From Massalongia carnosa (taxonomy: Eukaryota), in assembly GCA_965645245.1 (NCBI GenBank), contig OZ287083.1:496001-560000 (forward strand): 64,000 nucleotides of DNA, read 5' to 3'. Shown here one piece after another: positions 38,028 to 51,228 of this stretch (position 1 is its first letter; each line of letters begins with the position of its first letter). A model generated the notes under the pieces. It had not been told where the DNA came from and ran no database searches. It worked only from the letters and a program-made list of their open reading frames with translations. The translations under genes were made by a program, and so were the position numbers.

Positions 38028-38730
38028 TCAATAAGGGTTCGAGACGGGGTGAAATGGTTGTGGTCTTGTGACTTCATTAGATAATTTCCCTGTTTGAACA
38101 GCGTAAAAAATACAAAAGTGTATAGGTTTCTCGCTTGGTCTGAGAGGGTGGATGAAGGCGAATGTAAAATGATACTGGGGAGGGGTTGGAGATATAGCTC
38201 GAGAATCCTCCTGGACTTCATCACATCTCTTTCTCAGACTTTTCACATCCTCCGTTACAACGTTAACCATTTCTTTCAATGCTGTTATACTTTTCCTTAC
38301 GTCGTTTTGAGAGTCTATGATCTCTCGATGTGTGAAATTCAACCTTTGCGGAATAAGCTGTCCTCATTTCTAATTGAAAACATGATGCCTCTTCGTTGGC
38401 GCAATGGTTGGATGTTCACAAATATGTTTATCCTTGTGGCAATAACTGTATTTCGGTTGGCCCTCGTTGCGCCTGGTCTTCTTTAGGCGACAAGTAGAGC
38501 AGGCCTAGCAAAGGAGTCATTTTGACAGCAATCAATAAAGAACCTAGTCGACGTACCCGTTCCGCTCGTGAGTGTTTTTTGGATGCTTCATTCATTTCGT
38601 TCATTTCTAAATAGTTCGAAGGCGCATCGAAGAATGTATTGCCATTAACCGGGATATCAAATTCTTGGAATGGGGCGGAAGGGAGAGGACATTGACCATC
38701 AGTGTGTGCATCAGGAGGAAATAGGTACAT
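38028..38730 (-). pseudogene. Degraded gene relic with Cys-cluster remnant and coiled coil
   Basis: Reads KKTRRNEGQPKYSYCHKDKHICE, then stops, then the heptad-like segment IIDSQNDVRKSITALKEMVNVVTEDVKSLRKRC. Confidence 0.3.
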
Positions 38731-41272
38731 CTCGCGGTGTATCGCGGTAAGAGCAGAGCCAGGTTGTAGATAGTAGATTAAGGGTCAGGGTAGAGAATAT
38801 GGTGGAGCATCAGGTGGCGAATATGCTTGTGGAAGACATATTTCACCGGTGGGCTCGGAAATTAGAAAGCGCCAAAGGAATATAGCGCTTGGGGGTAAGG
38901 CTTGGAGAGCATGATTGATAGCGGTTGGGTGGGTAATTGTATCGGCCCCATTTTGGATAACTTTGTTATATCGAACGGGAGGGTAGTCAGGTGGGTTGGA
39001 ATGAGCAGATATTGAACCAGGCTGATCAATCGGCTGAAGAATGGAAGCTAGCCCACTAAGGAGAGAATAATGCGTGTTTTGGTTGGATTGACCAAGGTGG
39101 GACCGCAGAGAACAGTCTAAACCGGGATCCGAGAGTCGTTGCGAGCTCTCTTCGTAATGGGTTGAAGGTTGAAGTGGAGGAGTTTTCTTGTTCTCGACTT
39201 GCTGAGATGGATCAAATAGCGCTGGTCATTTGCAGTTTAGAGGTTGGCTTAGGCTGGCCGAACATACGTAAGTTTGCATTTCCAAGAGTTTGGAATATCG
39301 AAGTAAGGCAACAAGAAAAATCGCATGCAGGACATACGCAGTGCAAGCCAAGCATTTGTTATAGGTCCTTTGGACTCCATGATATTGTTCCACACACACA
39401 TCCTCTACACACATCCACTCCACCACACACATCCGCGCCTCCACACACAGCCGCTACCTACCAATATGGCTGAGTTAGAAGCAGTTTGTAAAGGGAACTT
39501 TTTATCTATCTAGATGGTGCATCTGGTCTGGGGGTCAATTGGAATGGGATCTTCTGAGGAGGGTGAGAGGGTAGCTATCGACAGGAACATAGACGGAAAC
39601 ATGGATGGAAACACGAAAAGGCGCGCTAGATTAGCGATCGGTACTTTGTCTTGGAGTCCAGAATTGCATCCACAACGATGTTGTACAGTCTTAGATTGCG
39701 AGGGTTTTATGTTTGCTAAACACAATGATGATGATTATAAACTCTTGCTCCGATGTGGTACCGGCCAAAGGCCAGCTCATGCGGGCTGACTCTACGTTTC
39801 TATGTTACATAGAAAACCTTTCTAGTAGGAGGAAAAATTCATATACTCCGGGCGATGCTCTTGCGAGTGGCCTGAGTGTATCAAAGTGACGAAACAGTGA
39901 GACCAATGATAAAAGGAAAGAAGTATTGTTGGCACAGTAGCTGGGTCAGTAGTATTCCTGACTGCATTAGTTAGGCGGTAAGTGCTTTGATTTTCTTTGG
40001 TGATTCGGTGAGTAGGCTCCGCAATATTCATGATATTTCATGATCAATACTTAACCAAGTTAGAGTCCGAAGAGAAATCTCGAACTCTTAGTGCACACTC
40101 CACACAGATCCCTTTCTCTCATTCCTTTTGAGATAGCGAGTAGCAGTCCGCTGAGATGTCCGATCTTTCTTTGTCCAAGAAAATATAGTATAAGACGGTC
40201 AAGCGATTGCCTTCGGCGCCACTTACGAGATCGCAGTTTGCAGTGTGAACTACATATAAGGGAGTATGCAAGCAGATTCCTCAACGCTCAAAGGCAAATG
40301 CCAATGCTCACCGGTGTGCTCTGTGTCCCGGGGCTTTCCTGGAGAAATGGAGACTCAATAATAATATGAAGAGCCGTGTATATCGAATCAAGGCTTGATG
40401 AACTCTGTTGAGACATGTAGATGGCTCTGCAACAAAAGTTTGCTCACGTTGTAATAAGACGCTCAAACAAAGCTTTTCTTTGACGGAGCATCAAAGCTGT
40501 GGCCGTTGCAACCCGTATATCAGTAAGATATTACTTTAAATTTCAACTCTTCAGGTTCAGCTATTGATATATTTCTACAAAGCTCTCGAGAAAAACCGCA
40601 GCGTTCTCGACCAACAGGATACAAGGTTAAACGGCGAAACCTATGAGACTTCAGTCAATATGCATTATACGAACCTGTTCCAAGACCAACTTTACCCTTT
40701 GACCACTGCTCCTATCCATGGAGCTGACGGTGACGTTGCAAGCAACAATTTTGTTGCTACATCTAATTCCGATGTCCCATTGCTTCCCTCCCATCCAGCT
40801 CTCTGGCAGAAGGATTTCAAGAACTGAGGTTCGTATTCTATTCAAGCAGAGGAGACCTTTGCGGAAGGCTGCAGAAATACAGAAAATATAAACGATTTAT
40901 ACCGCAGCCCAATGGTGGATAGCCTCAGTGCCATTTGGGAGCAAAGCAACCGACGGTCAATATTTTCGGTGGTATGTGGCAGCAGAACGCTCCAATGGTC
41001 GATATGATGTAGGCGTGAGTCCCGACCAAGCTTTAATCAAATTGATCTAATGGTCAATATTCTTCCTCGAAGCAACCCAACAATCAATCGAAGATGAACG
41101 CAGTGACAGCATTATTCTATTGGCTATGTTGCTTATTTTACTACAGTAAAAGGATAAGATACAGATTCTTGAACTTATAAGGAGGATTTCGATCCATTTC
41201 AGTCCTAGAAAATCGTTGTGTTATTAGTTCAACAAAATACCTAGTCTACACTACTAAGAGAAATGATGAGCG

Positions 41273-41788
41273 TTACTTCTTAAAAGATAGAAGTAAGCCA
41301 AAACTAATGTCAGGCCCCTCGTTATAGTGAACGCTCGTGTCGCCATCCCAATAGAATACATATCCACTTTCAAGACTTTCTTGAGGGACGAAATCTGGGC
41401 CTAGCGCTGGTACGCCGCTATATCTGCCGAGGGCTAGCAACCCTATAACACACTCGCTATTGATCTTGATTTGCTTGTGAGGGCTTTCTCTAGGGTTCCG
41501 ATAAAGAACTGCATACTCTGCCCATACCACCTCGATCTTGTCGCGGCGTATTTCAATGTTTTCGAGGAACTTCGGATCCAGGCTCTGCTTTGTTAAAGGA
41601 CTGGACTTGTCAGCGAAACGATCCTTCTCAAACTCGGCTTTGGCCTCCGCTGTCTGATCGAGCTTAAGGTAGATATCCAAAGACCTTTTCTGGATCTCGT
41701 CCTGCGTCATCTTTGAAACCTGGTCCACTAGGCTTTGACGCGCTCTTTCCGCTGTGGCAGGGTCTATGGCCCGATGCCGAGAACCCAT
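41273..41788 (-). CDS. Hypothetical protein, 171 aa
   Basis: ATG-initiated open frame with globular composition. No family recognised. Confidence 0.5.
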   Translation of the reverse strand: MGSRHRAIDPATAERARQSLVDQVSKMTQDEIQKRSLDIYLKLDQTAEAKAEFEKDRFADKSSPLTKQSLDPKFLENIEIRRDKIEVVWAEYAVLYRNPRESPHKQIKINSECVIGLLALGRYSGVPALGPDFVPQESLESGYVFYWDGDTSVHYNEGPDISFGLLLSFKK

Positions 41789-42623
41789 AGAGTTCTTGCG
41801 TATGGTTTCAACAGAAAGATTATTGGAGAGTGATGACTTCGGGCTAACTTACCAAACTGATAAAGTAGTCTGGATTTGTGATCCGCGATAGCTGCTTCCG
41901 AAGTTAGTTGCTTTTACGGAGAATCCCCACCAGCTGGGGACGCTACTAGCGCAGAATGAAATGTCATGTATAGGTAATACGGCAGGACGCCACAATGTGT
42001 TTCTTTACCCTATACAGAGTACTCTATACAGAGGTGATTCCTAGGTATTTAAAAACACCCACAAATCCCATTCAAATCTATCTCCTAATCATGAAACTTG
42101 ACAACGCGACCGACTAATACAAAGCCAAGAAGCTACATAGACTTAAAGTGATCATCTTATTTCGGACTGGACGGTAAGAGTAAACCTCCCCCATCATTCC
42201 CACAATCATGGTCTTACATCTAGTCAAGATGGACGTGAAAGAAGACGAGCAGTGAATCTACAATGGACTTACAAGATAAAGAAAGTGAGTGCTTCCTGCT
42301 TATGCAAAGATACCTCTTCTGATCTTTGATAGGAAAGCGCTCTCGTGGAATAACTCGGGAACTATCACTCAAACCTCTTTGTAGAAGCTTAGGACTTGAA
42401 CGTCTCCATGATTAACTCGGGCCTAAAGGCGAGGACGTGGAACAATACAAACCTCCCTCTTCTCCGGTGAGTAACCTTCCTTTGAATCGTACCTCATACC
42501 GTGTTATGACGACTTATTCAGGACGGAAGTTCTCCCTAGGATTCATTAGCTTCCGAAAAACCCCATACAATCGAATCTTGGATCCTAAGCCCCACAGCGT
42601 GCGATCCTCTACCAGTTGGTAAT

Positions 42624-43791
42624 GTGACAAAGAAGCGCACGCTTGACTCCGGCGACGAGGACAGTTCTGCGTTTTCTAAACATATATTAAAAGGATCCTG
42701 TCTAATAGCTCAGCCTCTTACAAGAAAAGCTCTCAAGCAACACGACTCGAAGACCAACAAGCTTCATGGGTTACCAGGAGATCGATCACAACCCCTGGCT
42801 GATATTATCTCTCAAGTAACCACTTAAGACACTATGTCAAAAGCCTCTGCTCTATCTACCATCACTGCTGATGTTTTTGCATACGAACAAGAACTACGGC
42901 GCCGCAAAATCTTTGATGCAGATACAGAAACGATATATGAGTATCCAGATAATTGGACAGAACTTGAAAAAGTTCTTCGACAAGGCAGAGATTCTCCAGA
43001 GCCCACATCTATTCAGCATAAAGGGTTTCGCCAGATAGTTTTTAATGCGGACAACGAAGCTTCGGTCATGGCTTTGGTATGTCCTAAGTTTCTTGAGGAT
43101 CAGTGGTTCGACGAGCCTGGTATTGCTTGGCAACATAACAAGCTTTAGACCAATGTACCGTTCTACCCTCATATGGAACCAAAACTTCCGGCTCCCAAAC
43201 CCGATCAGGCAATTGGCTGGACCTCTAAGCTATTTGACAAATTTGATGCGAGGGCATTATCGATTGATATCTCATCTACTGGTCCAAGAGCTGTGCGGTC
43301 CTTTGCAGCCCCTGGAGAAAATATGCATTGGCCGGTTTTCACAGTCGAAGGCAAGGGTGCCGCAGGCCAGTTACGGAAAGCACAACGTCAGAATCTGTAT
43401 AATGCCGCCATCATGATCAACAATCTTTTGGAGCTGAAGAAAATGGTTACATCAAAGGATTCGCCCTTTGGTCGAGCTCTGGTGATGTCAATGGAGCTTA
43501 CGGCAGAGGTCGTCCAACTAAACTGCCACTGGGCTATAAGATCCGCCGAGGGAGATATCATTTTCTATGGCAAGACTTTGGGATCTTGGTCCCTCCACTG
43601 CCCTCGCCCAGATACATAAGGAAGCCAAACGGAGCATTTCAAATGGTGTGGACTGGATAAGAAAAACTGCTTGCGCCGGAATCCTGCGGGATCTTTCCAC
43701 CCTTGAAACCCTACCCATTGTATCAATGATCCAAACGCCTTCAGATAACCAACAATTTTTGGCTCAGGCTAACAAACCTCCTGACATCTAG
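42624..43791 (+). pseudogene. DUF7924-like (restriction-endonuclease-fold-like) pseudogene
   Basis: ORFs 42624, 42834 and 43173 are one frame split by TAA (42825-42827) and TAG (43146-43148). Motifs LPAPKPDQAIG and WPVFTVEGKGAAGQLRKAQRQNLYNAA. Frameshift near 43615. Confidence 0.65.
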
Positions 43792-44458
43792 CGCTCATCC
43801 TTGGCCAGACTAAGCTTTATTCATGAGCAAATACAACCTTTAGATACAGATATGCAAGTGGGAGATATATCATCAACCCTGCCAAAATTTCGCAGGCGCA
43901 AGACATTACCGGGTAAGCGAGAGAACCCTCAAGCAAAGGTGTGATCGATGGTAACCAGCTTCTTGGCGCATAGCTAACTCTAGATTAACTTTAGGTTCAG
44001 AAATATACCGAAGAGGTTATAGAGCCTGAGGATGAAGTATTTGATTCGGCCCATTCAGATGTTTCTGCTGCCTGACGAGCGTGTAAATCATGCATTCAAC
44101 CAGGCAGACAAGTATAGTGAAGGCAATAAAGGCCGGCAGAGATTTTGGGTTAGGCGGTGGAAAATGATTCTACGCCCACCTATACTTTCAATAACTGTAT
44201 ACCTATCTAGGTAGTTTAGCGAATTGAAACAATACAATATCTTTCCGAGGTCCTTTTTACGCAGCAGCAGGATCTTTAACAGATTCGGCCTTGTGTTTAT
44301 GCAATCGAAAGTAGGGCTTTGAACAAAGGTTTACATAAGAGAAGGTTATTTTGCTTCATACCACCTTCTGTCACATCTCCGGGAGCGTCTTCTCGATTTC
44401 CCTCTAGAAACTAGGAAGCAATCTTCTTACACATCTGGTTGTAGGTACAACCTGCAAA

Positions 44459-45500
44459 TCACCAAATCCCTAACCATTTCTTCACCAGCTTTTTCCTCCC
44501 TTCCCAATCCGTATACATCGCATCCGCAGTATCACCGCTATTAGCCTCTCCCTGACCACCTACCGCCACAGCCGCCGCCGCCTTCGCTACCCCCTCGCTA
44601 CCCCCCACAGATGTACTCGACGCAGTAGCCTCTTCCCCGCCCCCTCCACCAATCCACCCAGCAAAGCCGTTCCGTTTCTTGTCCAGCCCGTGCGCCTTCC
44701 GATACGCAGCCCGCTTCTCGACGTCCTCGAGATTCTTGCGCCGCCGCTCCGCCGTCTCGGCGCTGACGTGCGCCATGTGCAGCTTGTAGACCTCGAGGCC
44801 CTGGGCCACGAAGGCGAGGGGGTTAGTCCAGAAGGATTTGCCGGCCGGGAGCAGATCAGCCACGGGCGAGGTGCGGCGGAAATCGGTGATGAGCGTGAAG
44901 AAGGCGAGGGAGAAGAGGGTGGACTTTTGGGGATTTGTAAAAAAGATTAGACTGTTAGTTGTGGTCCTTTTCTATTTTTTTGGGGCAATTTTGCTTTTAT
45001 TTTGTGGGATTGTGACGACAACCAGTAAAACAGCGGGTAAGGGGGAAGGGGGTGGGGAGGCGCGGGGCTATGGGAGGGATATTTGTCTATCTTCTGCCGG
45101 AGAAAAGCCCTCCCTCAACGCCACGGGGGATGGGGGGAAGGAACGGGGTTCTCACCAGCGTAATCCAAACGTGTATAGACCGATTGGTCAGAAACCAGTG
45201 CATGAACGTCCCTTCGGGCGGCATCATGTTCGGGTACTTTTTCCGCTTTTGCAGCTCCTTCTGCGCCGGCGGGATCGGGGGCCCGGGGTATTCCCGCGGT
45301 GGTGATGGTCGGCGCGCGGGGTGGGAGGGGGGGGTGAATTTGGTAGGTTTCGACAAGACTTTGGGTTTTGGGGCGGTGGAGGAGGAGGAGGAGGCATGTC
45401 GGTAGTTGAAGAGAGGGGGGGGTAGGGAGGTAAGAATATGTTTGAAGCTCCTTCGCGGTAGAAGGGGGAGGGGGAGGCGTGGAGTGGTTGGGATTGGCAT
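44459..45500 (-). CDS. Conserved fungal hypothetical protein, probably mitochondrial membrane
   Basis: Arg/Ser-rich presequence, KPTKFTPPSHPAR, KYPNMMPPEGTFMHWFLTNRSIHVWITL. Exons 45500-45156 and 44923-44459, ending KKWLGIW*. Confidence 0.85.
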
Positions 45501-46389
45501 CGTTATGTATTAGTTTGGTTGTTGGTTGGCGGGCGGAAAATCTTTCGCAAAGGGTGGGATATCCATTTCTTACATAGTTTTGTATATATACATGTACATG
45601 TCCATATTGCTTATATACTTCTGGTACCGTCAATTTCTCGAACAGTTATTTACATCAAGACACACGGTTTTATTAAAGTGACCTCCACACTGTTTCCTGT
45701 CCACAGACAAGGCTTCGACGCGCTCTCAACTATGTATCCCATATGTATCAGGACTCATTGATGTCATGATATATTCAAGCCTACCCAAAAGAGTCTGTCA
45801 TGGTCACTATGCCAGTGTTAAGTACCTTGTTGGCAGTCCCACATTCTTTCAGCTCTTGATCACACTGGCTGCGGCTTTTCCTCTAGTGGAAGCCATTGTT
45901 GCTTCAAGGAAGGGTTGCAGATGTTCAAGATCGCTGGGTAGATATGTAAAAGGACAAAGCATACAGAAGGTCCGAGACGCGGTGACTGCTACAGACAACA
46001 AGACGATTTGTTCATTGATTTATTGATTCATTCAATGAAATATCGTGCCCTCATATAACCTATTTCTCGTCACAGCGTCGGCCATGTATCCTGTATCGCA
46101 CATGTTATTTTCTAGTTGTATATGCTAGATGTCGCCCGTCGAGTTGCCCGAATCCCTCATGCGAAGCAACATCTCATGTGAGAAGTGGTGTACGCTCATT
46201 ATCACCTTCCGTCTCTCACTTCAACTTATGCCTTAAGTGGTAAGAATTCCAGTAGTCATTGGTCAGCATCTCAGAGGCAGTCTTGGCTCTTACACTCTTC
46301 GGTGGAACCTGCATCCAAACATCTGGCTTGCCTCGAAAGCGTATTGATCCTCATGCGTCCCGATGTCTCTATTCTTTTGTTAACCAGTA

Positions 46390-47030
46390 TCAGCAGTTTT
46401 CAAAGCTATGATGTTATTATCAAAACCGCCTCTGATGATCACGTGGATCGGGTTTTAAGCGAATTAAACAATCTTCAAGCTCGTCAGGGCAATCGCTCCT
46501 TTCGTCAATTACTTGATTGATGAGATCATGCAAGCTGTGTCCGACCTGAAAAGTGAGCAGCGAACATTTCAACTGCAGGATATCAAATACGTGGGCCAAT
46601 CGTTACTTAGAGGGCTGAATACATTGTACGAACATAAGCTGGTACATAGAAGTACTTCGCGGACATACGCCCTATCGCCTGCAATCCATCAATTTTTACT
46701 GAAGTTGAGCTCGAGATCTCAAACCTGACATCTAGATCGATTACGACAAAAATGGCGTTTTGTATGACACTTGCTGATTCTAAACCTAGATGCTCTATAT
46801 ATTAACTAGGCTTAATATCTTTGCACCGCCTGATATGTAAGACGATCATCCGAACTATTGCATGGAAGTCCTTGGACGACAGAATCTTATTTTCGGACCC
46901 TTTGACCAGAGCTTGGTGGAAGCCGTGCACCCTGATGAAGCGGAAAATGTAGGAAATTTAGCGGCCGAATTCAACGAGGAGTTTGCTTTCGAAGCATTTC
47001 ATCATGCAGGTCGATCCAAATAAACGACCA
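46390..47030 (+). pseudogene. Protein kinase relic
   Basis: Fragments DVIIKTA..ELNNL..FRQLLD, DIKYVGQSLLRGLNTLYEHKLVH and DLKPD (~46715), interrupted by frameshifts and stops. Confidence 0.55.
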
Positions 47031-48173
47031 TCGGCATGCGAGCTTCTACAAAACCTGTGGCTCGAGAGCCTGTAAGGTTTGAGCTTTCCATTCCTTTACC
47101 AGGTAGTTCACATCATGTACCCTATACTGGCAGAATATGTCCGACTCATAGCAAATTAGTTATATTGACTGCCTCATCGCCTAATGCAAGCAAGCACTGT
47201 TCACCAATAACTCATCCATCCGTCTTCGCAAAGATGATGTAGCCAGCACACCGCATCGCCAACAGCGGTGCTTATGGGCAACTGATGAGAATTGATCGAA
47301 CCTTCTTACGAGAAGGGAGCTCACCTCTGACTATACGAGGAGCATAAATAAGACTTTAGCAAAAAGAAACTGTTCAGGTAAGCAAACAAGACCACTTGAA
47401 TTACATCTTCATGGCTGATTATTCGAAAGACAGTGAGTTGATGATGAAACTGGTTGAGCATGCTGCTGGTATGGCGGGTGATCTGTGAACATGCAAGTAG
47501 CTCTTGTTATCTCTCTCCTCAAGCACTGCCATTGCCGCTGCCGCCATTTTCTTCATACAGCAGGATTCAATCTTTCATCGCCGATAATCTCGATAATCTC
47601 ACGATATATGCGCTCGTAAATGGCTTCAATGTGCCTTTACGAGCTCCTGGGAACCCATCTTCAGCGAGTCAGCGATCTGGGAAAAGGCGGATGAGATGCG
47701 ATGAATCAAAGCATATCAAGCGAACATCCACGATGCCAACACCTGCTGTATGAAAGCAATCAGGGGGGCATACTGTTGACACGTTAGGTTATATTAGATA
47801 GCTAATACTTAAGAATACGAGCTGGTAAGTTATGGCACGACGGTAAAAAGGGCACGACGTCCAAGAGATGTGATGACCAAGCAAGATATCCGTGAGTATC
47901 TAGTTCAACTCTACCAGCTAATAAGTTAGATTCCTGTTGACGCTGGTCCAATGTGGGAATGGCAAGCTTGTTCTTTATATCAGTCTCGATACGGGTGCGA
48001 AATGCTAAAGCAACTTGAATAGGAAGCTTATCAAAGATCATGACCTCGATCTACTTTCTCCCTGGTGTCTCATCATCGGCTTTCATGTCATACACTGCAG
48101 TGGTTGTTTAGGTCTTGATGACCCCATCATCCCGTTGCCTGTTTTGACTTTCTGTTCAAGTAGCGCTAGAAAG

Positions 48174-49267
48174 CTACCAAGGATGTTTCTATATTTTCTT
48201 AGCGTGTTTAGTTAAAGAGAATGGTCCTGCTGAGCATACTTTTCCTTCCCATGTCCAGAATGTCCCTGAGTCGTTGATCGTCTTCGTCCTGATGACTTCT
48301 AACATTCCTGACACCGACTCCTCTGTGCTGATGATCCCTTCAACTTCCCACCCTAGCGGTACATCCACAATATCTCTGCAACCAATCAAAACCCAGCATT
48401 GATGAAGGAACCAGGTTGGGCTCACGTTGCCACTTCACCTGGATGCATCGCCAGTATTGATGTACTGCTTTTTTTCCGGTTCAATTCCGCGGCCATATGC
48501 TGAGGATGCTCTGTTAGTGAAGCTCAGCCTTTGAAAGATAGACATTTCTACCCTGAGTGCTTGGTTGAGCGCTGCTTTAGATGCAGCATAGGCAGCAAAG
48601 CTGGGGAGAGTCCTTAGATACAATAATACCATGATCTAGGAATGCCATACCCATCTTCAAATGCCCGGAACTCGGTAGCGGATCCAGAATCACTGGATAT
48701 GAATACAATGGTGCCGATAGAAATACCCAGCTTGAGAAACCTTTGAGCAATAATAATTGGGCCAATGGCGTTGGTTTTCAAGTGATTGTTGAAATCCTCA
48801 AACGAGCTAAGTAGCCTCAGTCCAAGATTTGGCATGGAAAGACGGAAATCAATACAATTCTGTTGCTCTCTGCACCGTCTCAGTAGGACTTAGAATAACC
48901 CTATATGCACTCAGCTTCAGCTTACGTTGGGATAATTTAAAATCCCAGCATTCAAGACAACATAGTCGATCCTTCGCAAGTCCTTCATAGTAGAAACGTC
49001 ATCAATGAATCTCTAGCGTTCTATATCAGACGTAAGAAACAAAGAATATCGGTGAATTTCACAGACGCTGATGCTTCCATCCACGGTGACATCGCATTCC
49101 AGGAGACGGCAGGTATCCAACGGAGCTGCTCCCGCCAACCTCCATAGATCTGACGCTCTTGTGGCGTTTCGCGCTGTTGCCAACAATCGATCACCTCGTT
49201 TAAGCAATTGTCGTACAAACTCAAGGCCAATGCCTCTGGTGGCTCCCACGATCACCCAGGTTGCCAT
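48174..49267 (-). CDS. Short-chain dehydrogenase/reductase (CsgA/C-factor-like)
   Basis: WVIVGATRGIGLEFVRQL, YVVLNAGI, TNAIGP, YAASKAALN, MHPG, FWTWEGK..HPW*. Multi-intron gene. Confidence 0.88.
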
Positions 49268-49592
49268 GTTTGTATTCTATGCCTTGCCCCCCATGAACTG
49301 AACTGGTCTGTGATTGTGGGGAAGAATATGGGTTTTAAAGTTGGTTGTGATGCAACAACATATCAGATCATGCGGACGAGATAAGCGAATCTAGCGGGAA
49401 AAACCGGAACTAGTGATTAGTCATCTATTTTCATGCATTTCTTAAATACGGTTCTATTTGATTGGCTTCCGGTTCTGCTGAAAATAAAAAATATTTCAAT
49501 CTGCCAACTTTCCTCCTTCCTTTCAACCCCAAGCTCCAAATCTCGCCCTATCCTCAAATTACCGTTTTATACACGTCTAGAAGTCCTTCATT

Positions 49593-50383
49593 ATGGCCAA
49601 AGATGAGTTTAAACCTGGTGAGTGAGCTCTTTTCGTTGTTGTTGCTTGCGCCCCTGTGTGACATCATCCACCCTGGGCTCCTGTGAGTTTCGTCACTCAC
49701 CGCAACGAATCTCGAAACATTTTTATGCAAAAGCCTCTAGGTTGTACCCGTCGGGTAACTGAGAGCAGATGGCTTGAACATTCTGTTTTTGGCCTTTGAT
49801 TACCCGAACAAAGGCTTAACGTTGGCGGCTACGTCCAACTAAAGTGTAGCCGTTTGTTCTTCACTGTTATAGTCACTTCAGCTGACATCTGAGTTTAGGT
49901 GATGACAAAAAGGGCGCGAATCTTTTCAAGGTCGGCCTACGCCCCCAGCGAAATTTGGCGGTTCTTAGAGCCAAGCAATGTTAATGACCATTTCAGACTC
50001 GATGCGCACAATGCCATACTCTAGGCAAGGATGAGGGTAACAAGATCGGTCCAAATCTACACGGTCTCTTCGGTCGCAAGACGGGTCAAGTCGAAGGTTT
50101 CCAATACACGGATGCAAACAAGGCTAAGGGTATCGAGTGGAAAGAAGACACCCTAGTACAATGCCCTTCAAAGCAGCAAAGTCGAGAGGGTATTGCTAAC
50201 ATGGCGAAAAGTTTGAGTACCTGGAAAACCCTAAGAAGTACATTCCCGGGACGAAGATGGCTTTCGGCGGCCTGAAGAAAGCCAAGGATAGGAACGACCT
50301 GATTACGTTCGTACATCCCTCGACCGTCGAAGTTTCAGCAGTTTTTAACATTCTTTAGCCATCTGCGCAATGCCACGAAGTAA
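49593..50383 (+). CDS. CYC1: Cytochrome c (not captured by the ORF track)
   Basis: Five exons give [82 protein letters not shown]. CxxCH haem motif. First intron 49618-49898. Confidence 0.97.
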
Positions 50384-51228
50384 ATGGACCCTACAACTCG
50401 CATCCTTCTCCCCTCCTGTTTTTATGACCTTTTTGCATGTATGCGGGCGCGAAGTTTGTACTATTAGATATAGATTCCAGCTGATGGAAAGTCCCTATTG
50501 TTGGAAAAGAGAGCCCATAGATTCGGAGTTGGTCCGGTTTATTGCTGCATACCGGGAGCTCTGTTGATAGCGGTTTGCACACAAGGGCTTGTTCCATTGG
50601 AAGACGCAATTCTAGGCGATTGTATATATTTCGTGTCTTGAGCGCGCAGATTTTGCTTCATTAATCCTATCATAATTCTCCGCTGCAAACCGTCTCACAC
50701 CGTTCCATATCTCTCGCCTGCGACGACATTTAGTTGTCCTCTCGCAAAGCCTTGAGAGTCATATCCGAAGAGGACGGTGATCCTTTGCAGCAGTTGATCC
50801 GTGCGCTAGGCAGGATCAGGATCTGATTGGACAGGGGTCTGCTCGGCTTGATTCGTCCACGACTGTCCGTATCCGCATCTGGGTCTAGTTTCCACAAGTT
50901 CCGAACCTGTTGACCAGCCACTCTCTTTCTGTTCTTCAACTTCGACCTCAGCGTCCCTTCATCCATTGAAACCTGCTGGTCATGGTGAATTGATATTTGA
51001 CACTTGCTAATCCATGCTTTGTAGCTTTGCGCTTGAGTCACTCTTTGAACTGCCGAGCAACAACGCTAAATGTTGTAAGGCTGCAACACGTCCAAAGGCT
51101 GGCGGAAGTACTATATCTGTAGGTATATCAGGTTCTCTTCTCCGTTCTGATTTTCAGCTTTCAAACACTTTGACTGGATGAGATTGTCGTGGTATTGCTG
51201 AACCCTGGTGGAAGCAACTCTTGAAGAG

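Noticed and set aside
49741..49800. TPP riboswitch in the cytochrome c intron (CTGAGA...TTGAAC)
   Set aside because: Lacks the downstream UGAUC-GGAUAAU-CC-GCG core, and the gene is unrelated to thiamine.
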